Below, piece by piece: positions 17,625 to 26,605 of a stretch of 32,000 nt of DNA. Position numbers and translations under genes: made by a program. Within the stretch, counting starts at the first letter, position 1, and the number at the start of each line of letters is the position of its first letter. The notes under the pieces are model-generated. The model saw only the letters and a list, made by a program, of their open reading frames with translations. It had not been told where the DNA came from and searched no databases. Source of the DNA: Promethearchaeia archaeon (GTDB taxonomy: Archaea > Asgardarchaeota > Lokiarchaeia > Sigyniarchaeales > SOKP01); NCBI GenBank assembly GCA_046497275.1, contig JAWOFX010000088.1, positions 1 to 32,000 of the forward strand, written 5' to 3'.

Positions 17625-18950
17625 TTAGGTTTTGTTATCCCTTTCATTATTGTTAGAATTAAAGGGTTTTTTAGATAATGATTTTTGGTTACTCTTTGCT
17701 GCTAAATCTTCTAGAAAATCACTGATTTTCTCTTCCTTTGTTTTTTTAATTCCCTTTTTTCGCACATCTTTTAATATTTCTGCAATTTCTTTTTGTTTGC
17801 TTTTTTCAGTAGTGCCTGTATTATATTTATCTGCCACAACGGGTTTTACTTCTTGCGGTAATAATTTTCTAAGATACTCGGGGAATGCGGTTGTGACCTG
17901 TAAGTTTGTTTTTAGAATTATATATCTTTCATCTTTAAATTTGAGTTCTTCAATAATATTATGTTCCTTAAGAAAATTCAATACTTTACTTAAGGCATCT
18001 AAATTCCTTTTTGAGACTAGTTTCGGAAGCTTATCTCTTGGGATGAGACCATTTCTTAGTTCAGAGAGCACATTATATTTTTTTGGATCACCGATTATTT
18101 TAAATAATAAAAAAGAGTCCTCTTCTAATTCTTCTTGTGTTTTCATTTCATATCTGCTGAAATATTCTTGAACTTTAGGAAGAATTAAATCTATTAATTC
18201 AGGAGTTTCATCAATATATTCTATGACACTATCAGGAGGGATTCTTTCGGCATTCACTTCCTTTAAAAGTAAGATATACCTTTCCACAATACCAATTTGA
18301 TTAATAAAAATTAATTGCTTTTGCGCTAATGTTTGAATTATTTCATCGAAATCTTCATCTGGAAAATTTTCTTGGAACCATTCTTTCATCCATTCTAATG
18401 GTAATGGGCCTTTTGAGAGTTTCCTTAGAGTTAAGAAAACAAATTCCTTGCTTAACAATTCTGCTAATCTTTCCTCTTCTGTCTTCTCTCTTGTAAGCTC
18501 TACTGATGCCCAATATAACTCCCTTACCCACAATTTAACTAATTCGTTATTTCTAATTATTTTTTCTTGTTCATCCTCTTCGAAATTGTTAATATCTCCG
18601 ATATGAAATGCTGTATAGATCTCCTCATTAGATTTAAGTTTATCAGAAAATTCAATACTTAATTCTTTTATTCTGTCCTCTATTTGTAAATTTGTTTGTT
18701 CATCAAAAATAATTGAAATCATTAACATATCGTTATTCCCACGTGCCCAATCAGATTCAATTTCAAAATAATAATTCATTGTAATAGTATCTTCGAAAGA
18801 ATGAGTGAAAAATCCTTCTGTAAATTGTTGATCCATTATGTTGGCTATTCTTGTGGATAAATTATCATCTAATAAATTTTCTGGGTAAGAATACCATACC
18901 ATAGGACCTATCTTTCTATGAAAATATGACAAGGCGCAAATGGGTTTCAA
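17625..18950 (-). CDS. Longin/uDENN-like N-terminal domain protein with putative tandem winged-helix regions
   Basis: LSYFHRKIGPMVWYSYP resembles the NPRL2/uDENN start F..FH...GP.I.Y..P. Two later helix-helix-helix-wing-like segments follow. Confidence 0.6.
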   Translation of the reverse strand: MKPICALSYFHRKIGPMVWYSYPENLLDDNLSTRIANIMDQQFTEGFFTHSFEDTITMNYYFEIESDWARGNNDMLMISIIFDEQTNLQIEDRIKELSIEFSDKLKSNEEIYTAFHIGDINNFEEDEQEKIIRNNELVKLWVRELYWASVELTREKTEEERLAELLSKEFVFLTLRKLSKGPLPLEWMKEWFQENFPDEDFDEIIQTLAQKQLIFINQIGIVERYILLLKEVNAERIPPDSVIEYIDETPELIDLILPKVQEYFSRYEMKTQEELEEDSFLLFKIIGDPKKYNVLSELRNGLIPRDKLPKLVSKRNLDALSKVLNFLKEHNIIEELKFKDERYIILKTNLQVTTAFPEYLRKLLPQEVKPVVADKYNTGTTEKSKQKEIAEILKDVRKKGIKKTKEEKISDFLEDLAAKSNQKSLSKKPFNSNNNERDNKT

Positions 18951-19167
18951 TTATTTACTCTCCATTTAGATTTTTCTTATTATTCTTTGATTTCCAATAA
19001 AATTAAAGGTTAAAGATTTTATATCGCTCAAACTATTTAAGATCTAAGATATTTAAATATAAGATATCTAAGATATTTATATATTTATATAGATATGTGG
19101 ATATAGATAAGGATAAAGGTAAAAATTAAGAATTTAATTTAAAGTTATTAAATTTGGTTTAGAAAAA

Positions 19168-19896
19168 ATGATTAAATTAGTTGCCTTCGATCTGGATGAT
19201 TGCTTATTTGACTCAACTGGACTTTCAAAAATGGCGAGGATTAAGGGGATCGATGCCATGATAGATTTAGGCTTAAATATTGAGAGAAAAAAAGCTCTCA
19301 CCATACTTATGGAAATCGTAGATGAATATGGTTCAAATTTTTCAAAGCATTATAATTATTTTATTCGAAGATTAAATCAAATGGATGATAAATTTAATAT
19401 CTCTTTTAATATGAAATATAAATTTATTTCTGCAGCCGTTATGGCATATCATAAAGAAAAAATTGACTCAATCCGACTTTATGATGACGTAAAACCCACA
19501 TTAATGAAATTAAAAAAGAACAAAATAAAAACCTCTATTATTACGGACGGAATCCCTATAAAACAATGGGAAAAGATATTAAGATTGAATATAGATTCTC
19601 TGATTGAATTAGTAGTCATTTCTGATCAGATTGGAGTAAGAAAACCCAATCCTTGGCTTTTTGAATTTTGTCTTAAAAAATTCGCAGTGAAAGGGGAGGA
19701 AACATTATATATCGGCGATAGAATTGATAAAGATATTATACCTGCCAAAAAAAATAATATTATAAGTGTTTATATTCATCGAGGCGGAAAATATGATTCC
19801 TACAAAAAAGAAGGAAAAAGTTTAGAAAATAAAATTCCAGATTATGAAATTAATAATTTAGATGAAATCTTTACTATTATAGAAAATTTAAAATGA
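19168..19896 (+). CDS. HAD-superfamily hydrolase (TIGR02253-like)
   Basis: FDLDD (motif I), ITDG, RKP and YIGDRIDKD. Confidence 0.92.
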   Translation: MIKLVAFDLDDCLFDSTGLSKMARIKGIDAMIDLGLNIERKKALTILMEIVDEYGSNFSKHYNYFIRRLNQMDDKFNISFNMKYKFISAAVMAYHKEKIDSIRLYDDVKPTLMKLKKNKIKTSIITDGIPIKQWEKILRLNIDSLIELVVISDQIGVRKPNPWLFEFCLKKFAVKGEETLYIGDRIDKDIIPAKKNNIISVYIHRGGKYDSYKKEGKSLENKIPDYEINNLDEIFTIIENLK

Positions 19897-20708
19897 AAAT
19901 TGCATGCGTTCAATCTAGAATTTTAGAGAATAAAACCTTGTGTCATGATCATATTACAGAATTAATTAAAAATTTAATTAATGTTTATCCAAACATTGAT
20001 ATTATATGTTTACCAGAAAGATGGATTCCACTAAACCCTAAAATCGAGAGAAATTTTCAAGAAGAGAGAGGAGAAGATTATCATTTTATTAAATCCCTAG
20101 CAAAAGATTTCAAGGTTAATATTTTATCGGGGGCTATTTGGGAAAGAAGAAATAATTCAGAGGGGGATAAATTTATTACATGTTATTATTTTGATAAAAA
20201 TGGTCGAGAAATTGGTCGCCAAGATAAAATCCATCTTTATACATATGAATTAAAATATTTTAAGCCCGGAGATACTTTAAAATTGTTTAAATTTTCTGAT
20301 TTTTATTTTGCTATATTAATATGTTTTGATATGGCTTTTTATGAAACTCCTCGATTAGCTGCTGAAAATGGGGCGGATATTTTATTCTCTCCAACTCAAA
20401 TTAGATCAGACGGTATGGATAATTGGAAGATATACCTTCAAGCAAGAGTTCTGGAAAATAGGATTCCAGTGTTAGCTTGTAATTCTGTTGGAAGTGTCTT
20501 TGACAGAAAATTTAGGGGAAATAGTCAAATAATCTCTTTTAAAGAAGGACCAATGACACCTTCAAAATTAAAAATTGTTGAAGGTCCTATTGATAAGAGT
20601 GGGTATGTGTTTGATAATGTAAATTTACATTTTCCAAGAAAACTAAGAGAAATTAGACTTAATGAGAAAATTCATAAAGATTCTATAGAAGTTTTAAAAA
20701 TAGATTGA
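19893..20708 (+). CDS. Carbon-nitrogen hydrolase (nitrilase superfamily)
   Basis: Glu-Lys-Cys triad in LPE, DKIHL and ICFD; its start overlaps the HAD stop. Confidence 0.92.
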   Translation: MKIACVQSRILENKTLCHDHITELIKNLINVYPNIDIICLPERWIPLNPKIERNFQEERGEDYHFIKSLAKDFKVNILSGAIWERRNNSEGDKFITCYYFDKNGREIGRQDKIHLYTYELKYFKPGDTLKLFKFSDFYFAILICFDMAFYETPRLAAENGADILFSPTQIRSDGMDNWKIYLQARVLENRIPVLACNSVGSVFDRKFRGNSQIISFKEGPMTPSKLKIVEGPIDKSGYVFDNVNLHFPRKLREIRLNEKIHKDSIEVLKID

Positions 20709-20809
20709 TCTTTTATTATAAACTGTAAATTTCACTTCCAATGACCTCTCTCCGTGGGGTTTAAATACTAATTTTTCTAAAGAATATAAAAATAATTCTT
20801 TTTAGAAAA

Positions 20810-22015
20810 ATGATGTCTGAAAATATGGCACAAAAAGGATTTATAGGACCAAAGGCTCTATTTGATCCATTTTATGTTCCTCCCAAACTTCTTTTTAGAA
20901 AGGAGGAAGAATCTTCTCTTCTCTCAATCCTAAATGATAGCTTTAAAGATAATTTTTCAATAAATATTTTATATCAAGGAATTGAAGGAATCGGTAAAAA
21001 GGCAATAATTAATAAAGTTCTTAGAGATTTATACAACTCTGACCAATATTTTCAACTATATAAAAAGATTCCATTAGACTGCAAAGAGAAAAGTCTTGAA
21101 GAAATTATAATTAGTTTAATTTCAATACTTTCAAAATATTCAAATCTTGGTTGTGAAATAAGTACTATATTAAATTCAAATATTTCGAAGTTATGGAGCA
21201 TCTTAAAATTGATGTGTAAAAAGCTTGATAATCATGTGATTTTTATTTTCTATAATTCTGAATTTCTTGAAACAAAAATCCAAAAAAAATTTCTAAGGTT
21301 TGGTAAAAATTCTAATATTTCCATTATTTCTACTGTGAATAATGTATTAAGACAAAATTCTTTAGATTTAATTTCTGATTATGATTTAAAAAGAAAATTA
21401 GACTTTTTTTCTTACGATCAACTTATCTCAATTTTTACTCAAAGAACTGATCTCAGTTTTTCCTATCAAGTAGATAGAGAATTGATTGAATTAATAACTG
21501 ATCTAATTTTTGAAAACTATGTTCCGATTCCAGGTAAAGGAATTAATATACTTCGAGATCTTTACCCTCCTCTAAAAAACAAACATAGTTTGGATTATAA
21601 TACTTTGCTTAAGATATGTGAGAACCATTTTGACTCTATTCATAATCAAGACGAATTCAATTTGCTAAATTACTTAGCTGAAGAAGATCTCTTAACAGTT
21701 TTATTCTTAGATAATCTAATAAATCATTTCATTTCTGATACATCAAATTATTATATAAATCTCGAAGATTTAAAGCAACTCTATTTGATCTCATGTGAAT
21801 CCTTAGAATATAGTAATGATCTTCAGGAATTCATGGATATTATAACAAGATTGAAAAATATTGGTATTATAAGCCCTTCTAAGAAAGGGATGGATTTAAC
21901 ATATGATATCTTACTTGAGAATGAATTTTCAAAAAATTACTATTTCTTAGTTCTAAATCCGATTAAATTGAAAGCAATGCTAGATGCAATTTTTTCTCAT
22001 AGAAGATTCGTTTAA
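20810..22015 (+). CDS. Degenerate Orc1/Cdc6-family AAA+ protein with a C-terminal winged helix
   Basis: FDPFYVPPKLLFRKEE (cf. LxPxYVPxxLxxRE), Walker A-like GIEGIGKK, a Walker B site lacking DE (IFIFYNSEFL), and wH-like LY..SCE...F..IITRLKNIGII. Confidence 0.8.
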   Translation: MMSENMAQKGFIGPKALFDPFYVPPKLLFRKEEESSLLSILNDSFKDNFSINILYQGIEGIGKKAIINKVLRDLYNSDQYFQLYKKIPLDCKEKSLEEIIISLISILSKYSNLGCEISTILNSNISKLWSILKLMCKKLDNHVIFIFYNSEFLETKIQKKFLRFGKNSNISIISTVNNVLRQNSLDLISDYDLKRKLDFFSYDQLISIFTQRTDLSFSYQVDRELIELITDLIFENYVPIPGKGINILRDLYPPLKNKHSLDYNTLLKICENHFDSIHNQDEFNLLNYLAEEDLLTVLFLDNLINHFISDTSNYYINLEDLKQLYLISCESLEYSNDLQEFMDIITRLKNIGIISPSKKGMDLTYDILLENEFSKNYYFLVLNPIKLKAMLDAIFSHRRFV

Positions 22016-22149
22016 TTTTTTTATCATTATTTTTATTCTTTATAACAGATAATTAAAAATTATTACAATTTTATCTAAGAATATATAAAAAATTTATATC
22101 GGAGTTTATTCTTTAATTTTAATGAGAAAACTAGAGAAGGAGATCTAAA

Positions 22150-25100
22150 TTGACATATATAAAGAGAATAAGCATGACTGGTTTTAAATCATTTGGTGAT
22201 AGAACTGTGACTGTGAGACTCTCTCCAGGGTTTACTTGCATAGTGGGTCCAAATGGGGCGGGTAAATCGAATATAATTGATGCTTTATGTTTTTCCCTCG
22301 GGAGATTATCTAAAAAAACAATGAGAGCCGAAAAGCTTGAGGATCTCATTTTTGCTGGATCAAGAGGTCATAAAGAGGGAAATAGAGCATCAGTGACCCT
22401 CTACTTCGATAATTCAGAAGGAATCTTTCCAGGTGGGACGGATGAATTTCAAATCTCAAGGATTGTGAGAAGAAATAAAGGAAATAAGTATAAAATGAAC
22501 GGCAAGATCACCACAAGACAACAGATTCTTGATACTCTAGCATCTGCTAATATTGATCCTGATGGGAGTAATCAATTTGTTTTACAAGGAAAAATAGTCG
22601 AATTAACCCACATGAACACAATTGAACGACGCGAATTTATTGAAGAATTAATTGGCCTTCAAAAATATGATGATATGAAAGAAGAGACTATGAAAGAATT
22701 AGAAAAAGCTGAACGTGACTTAGGACAATTTGAAGCAATTTTCAAAGAAGTTTCTTCTCAACTAAAAAAAGTTGAAAAAGAGAAAAATGATGCTCTTGCA
22801 TGGAGAGAATTGGAACAAGAAATTAATAGTTTAAAATCAAAATTAATTGCTCTGAAAATTTCGAAATTAAAGGAAGAAGAACAAGAAATAGAAAATCAAA
22901 TTGATGAAACTAAAAAAATTATCGAAGAATTAGAGGAGAAGATAAGAATCCAGAATGATGTTGTTGAACAAGAATCTTTGGTTATGGAAAATATACAAAG
23001 ATCTATTAATCAAAAAGAAAAAGAAAGAGATGAGATAAATGAAAGTATAACTGAATTAAAAACTCAACTATCTTCCAATAATACCACATTGGAAATGAAT
23101 CAAAAATCTTTGAAAAAACTTCAAGATGAGAAAACAGATTTAGAAAATAAACAAATGAAATTAGAAGAAGATCAGACTTACGACTCTTTAATTTCAGAAT
23201 CATTAGAAAAAATCAAAAAGATTGAACTAAAAGTTGAAGAAGCTAAAAAAGAAATAGACCAAAGACAACAATCCCAAACAGAAATTGATGAGCAAATTAA
23301 TCTTAAGGAACAAGAAAAATCCAATTTAAAATCAGAAATCTCAGAATTAAAACAAAAGATTTCATCCAAAAATTCAACGATAAAACATTTGAGCAACAAT
23401 ATTAACAAAAATATGGAAAAAAAAGAGAAATTAGAGGCGGAACTAAATAATCTGAAGGGGGAATCTGAAAGTATAGAAGATGCAATTAAAACTAAAAAAG
23501 CTGAAGAGGATAAAATTCGAAATGAAATTGAGGCTTTGAAAAATAGCATATCCAAGGAAAATGAAAATCGAAGAACGCTTGAAGAGACTATTAATTCTAA
23601 AAGAAATGAAGTAAATGAAATAAATTCTCAAATTTCAGAATTCAATTCTGCTTTATCTTCCATAAATACTGAAATAAAAATGCATAAGGACACTATTAAT
23701 AGTTTAACTGAAAAGAAACAGCAAAATGAAACAAAGGTAGATAATTTAAGTAAAGGAAAAGACATAAAAAAAGCACTAGAGGATCTAATTCAAGAAAAGA
23801 AGAAAAATTTAGAGGAAATCGAGAGTTTAAGAAAAAAGTTGAAAGAACAAAATTTTGAAATTCAGCAGATTGAAAAAAATCAAGAATTATTTAAAATGAA
23901 GTCAGATTCTGCGCTCTCTGAAATTAATGATAATCAATCAAAAATAAGTAATTTAATTACTCGTGTAAATCTCTATAAAAAGGAAATAAAAAATTTAGAA
24001 AGAGAACAAAAAACTCTTTCTTTAAAGGCCAACACCCTGGAAGAAAATATCTCAAAACATGACCAAAAAATAGAAGATTTAGTTAGTAAGAAAGAAAACG
24101 TTTTAAGGCGTTTAAGTGAATTAAATGCTGAAAGAGAAAGAACTCAGAAACGAATTGACAGAGCTGAAGAAGAATACGAAAAAGATAAAAAAGATATAGA
24201 AGGAATTCTGCAAATATTAAATATGTTAACTCAAAATATTAATATCTCTGTAGAATCCATAAAAAGTAATATTCAACAATCAAATGCTGAAGCAATTGAC
24301 ATGTCTGCAGAGGATTTTCGAAAATTTATTTTAGATGTTATAGATATGATGAAAACTGTTGAGGATGTAAGTTGTGAGGTGGAAGAAATAAGTGAAATGG
24401 AAAATACCTTGAATTCAATGATGCAAACCCTGTCTTTATTTACGGATAATGCAGATCAAACTATTGGACAATTGATAACTAAGGTTAAAGATTCTGTTGA
24501 TGTTGCTGTTCAAGATTCTACTTCTAATTTTGATAATTTTGTTCAAGATTTAATGGAAATTTTAGAAAATATGCATGTCTCTTTAAGAAAATTAACCGTT
24601 TCTAAGAGTCAGGATTTATACAAACAACTTGAGGAGATTATCCAAAACATTAAGGATCAAGATGACGATTTGAATAATATAGAAAAACAAATATCTGAAC
24701 TTAAAATTGAGAAAAATTATGACCTAAAAGACCTTTCTCTTTCAAAAGATAAATTAACAAAAGTTAAGGAGAGGTTCTCGGAGTTAAGCAATAAAATCTC
24801 TAACTCTGAACAAGAATTAGAAGAGAGAAATCAATTAGTGAATAAAAAAAGTAAAGAAAAGGATGAAATAGAAATTAAATTAGGCGATTTAAAGAAGTCT
24901 AAAGAGAAAATGTGGGAAAACATTTCAAATACTCAGGAAGAAATTGGTGTAAAACAAACAGAATTGGAGAAAGTTCAAGTAAAGCTTCAAGAGATGAGAG
25001 ATATTCACACCTTATTTGAAAATATCGAAGAAATTGAGTCAAATATCTCTGAATCTGAGAATCTCATTAAAGAGAAAAAAAATTCTATAGTGAATATAAA

Positions 25101-26595
25101 TGAGAAAATTAGCAGTTTGAAAAACCAACAAGAAACAATTTTAAAAAAAATTGAGAGTTTAGATAAGGAAAAAGAAGAGTTTTGGGAAAAATCAGAGAAT
25201 TTACAAGAAAAAATTGATGATAAAAATCGAGAACTTGAGAAGATATTAGATAAATTAAGATCTTTGGAAAATATTCAACGAATGATTAATACTATTGAAG
25301 AATTGAAAAAAGAAAATATTGAATCAGAAAAAAATATTGAACAAAATGAAAAAGATATAAATCAATTAAATGAAGAAATTTCATCCATTCAAGAAAAAGT
25401 TAATAATAAACAAGAAGAGATTGATTTATTAAGAAAAGAAAAAACGAAAGAGATTGAAGCTCAAAAGGATGCTCAGAAAAAATTAAACCAATTCAATAAG
25501 AATTTACAAAAAAGCCAAAATGAATTAAATAATCTTAAAAAGAATAAAGAGAGAGAAGACACTATAAAATCGATCACTAAAGAAATATCTCTAACAAAAA
25601 CCCAAACTTCAGAATTGACCCAAAAAATTGATGAAATGCAAAAGAAATTAGAAGAAGAAAATAACAAAAAATTGGAGAAACAAACAGAAATTGATAAATT
25701 AACTGAAGAGAAAGATGAATCCTGGAAAAAGCAAAAAAAATACCAAAAAACATATACAGATCTAAAATCAGATCTTTCAATGAATCAATCAAAGCTAAAT
25801 AATTTTGAGTCTAAAAAAATTGCTACAACTGATCAAATTGAAACCCTTTATCAAAGATCAAAAGATTATGGAGCACTCCCCCATATTACTGAGGGGATCA
25901 CTGAGGAACAATTACAATCCAGTATAGATGAAGCAAATAAAAATAAACAGGCTCTTGAACCCGTTAATTTGAAAGCAATTCAACAATATGATGCTGTGAA
26001 AGAAAGATTTGACGAAATTGATATGAGAAGACAAACTATCCAACGTGAAAGAAAATCTATTTTGGATGCAATCGAGAAAATAGAATTGGAAAAGACTCAA
26101 ACTTTCATGAAATCTTACCATGAAATTAATAGAGAATTCTCCAAGATATTCCAAAAATTATCTCCGGGTGGTTCTGCAAAAATGATTTTAGATCGACCTG
26201 ATAAACCTTTTGAAGGTGGTATCAGTATTGAAGCGCGACCCAGAGGAAAAAAGATCGCATCCTTGGAGATACTTAGCGGGGGTGAGAAAACGCTGGTAGC
26301 TCTCTCTTTCATATTTGCCGTCCAAGAATTCTATCCTGCACCGTTTTATGTCATGGATGAGATAGATGCCGCTCTCGATGGCCCAAATGTTCATCGTGTT
26401 TCTATGGTAATAAAGGAATTTGCTGAACAAGCACAATTCCTTATTATAAGTCATCGAGAGGAAAATATTGTTAATGCGGATAGAATATATGGAGTATCAA
26501 TGCAAGAAAGCGGAATAACCGATATTTTCAGTGTCGATTTAGAAGAAGAAGCAAAACGCTTAATAGAACCTGAAGAGGCTGCATCTAAAACCTAA
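22150..26595 (+). CDS. smc: SMC ATPase (condensin-type heads), unusually long, with a non-canonical apex
   Basis: Walker A GPNGAGKS (aa 33-40), Q-loop FVLQG, VNLKAIQQY, signature LSGGEK (aa ~1375), Walker B/D-loop YVMDEIDAALD, and ISHR. SD GGAG precedes the TTG. Confidence 0.95.
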   Translation: MTYIKRISMTGFKSFGDRTVTVRLSPGFTCIVGPNGAGKSNIIDALCFSLGRLSKKTMRAEKLEDLIFAGSRGHKEGNRASVTLYFDNSEGIFPGGTDEFQISRIVRRNKGNKYKMNGKITTRQQILDTLASANIDPDGSNQFVLQGKIVELTHMNTIERREFIEELIGLQKYDDMKEETMKELEKAERDLGQFEAIFKEVSSQLKKVEKEKNDALAWRELEQEINSLKSKLIALKISKLKEEEQEIENQIDETKKIIEELEEKIRIQNDVVEQESLVMENIQRSINQKEKERDEINESITELKTQLSSNNTTLEMNQKSLKKLQDEKTDLENKQMKLEEDQTYDSLISESLEKIKKIELKVEEAKKEIDQRQQSQTEIDEQINLKEQEKSNLKSEISELKQKISSKNSTIKHLSNNINKNMEKKEKLEAELNNLKGESESIEDAIKTKKAEEDKIRNEIEALKNSISKENENRRTLEETINSKRNEVNEINSQISEFNSALSSINTEIKMHKDTINSLTEKKQQNETKVDNLSKGKDIKKALEDLIQEKKKNLEEIESLRKKLKEQNFEIQQIEKNQELFKMKSDSALSEINDNQSKISNLITRVNLYKKEIKNLEREQKTLSLKANTLEENISKHDQKIEDLVSKKENVLRRLSELNAERERTQKRIDRAEEEYEKDKKDIEGILQILNMLTQNINISVESIKSNIQQSNAEAIDMSAEDFRKFILDVIDMMKTVEDVSCEVEEISEMENTLNSMMQTLSLFTDNADQTIGQLITKVKDSVDVAVQDSTSNFDNFVQDLMEILENMHVSLRKLTVSKSQDLYKQLEEIIQNIKDQDDDLNNIEKQISELKIEKNYDLKDLSLSKDKLTKVKERFSELSNKISNSEQELEERNQLVNKKSKEKDEIEIKLGDLKKSKEKMWENISNTQEEIGVKQTELEKVQVKLQEMRDIHTLFENIEEIESNISESENLIKEKKNSIVNINEKISSLKNQQETILKKIESLDKEKEEFWEKSENLQEKIDDKNRELEKILDKLRSLENIQRMINTIEELKKENIESEKNIEQNEKDINQLNEEISSIQEKVNNKQEEIDLLRKEKTKEIEAQKDAQKKLNQFNKNLQKSQNELNNLKKNKEREDTIKSITKEISLTKTQTSELTQKIDEMQKKLEEENNKKLEKQTEIDKLTEEKDESWKKQKKYQKTYTDLKSDLSMNQSKLNNFESKKIATTDQIETLYQRSKDYGALPHITEGITEEQLQSSIDEANKNKQALEPVNLKAIQQYDAVKERFDEIDMRRQTIQRERKSILDAIEKIELEKTQTFMKSYHEINREFSKIFQKLSPGGSAKMILDRPDKPFEGGISIEARPRGKKIASLEILSGGEKTLVALSFIFAVQEFYPAPFYVMDEIDAALDGPNVHRVSMVIKEFAEQAQFLIISHREENIVNADRIYGVSMQESGITDIFSVDLEEEAKRLIEPEEAASKT

Positions 26596-26605
26596 AAACT
26601 TATGG

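Noticed and set aside
22150-26595. Calling the long ATPase Rad50/SbcC or Wadjet JetC
   Set aside because: It has no CxxC hook, no Mre11 and no JetD/Toprim neighbour. The head motifs and the flanking ScpA/ScpB are condensin-type.
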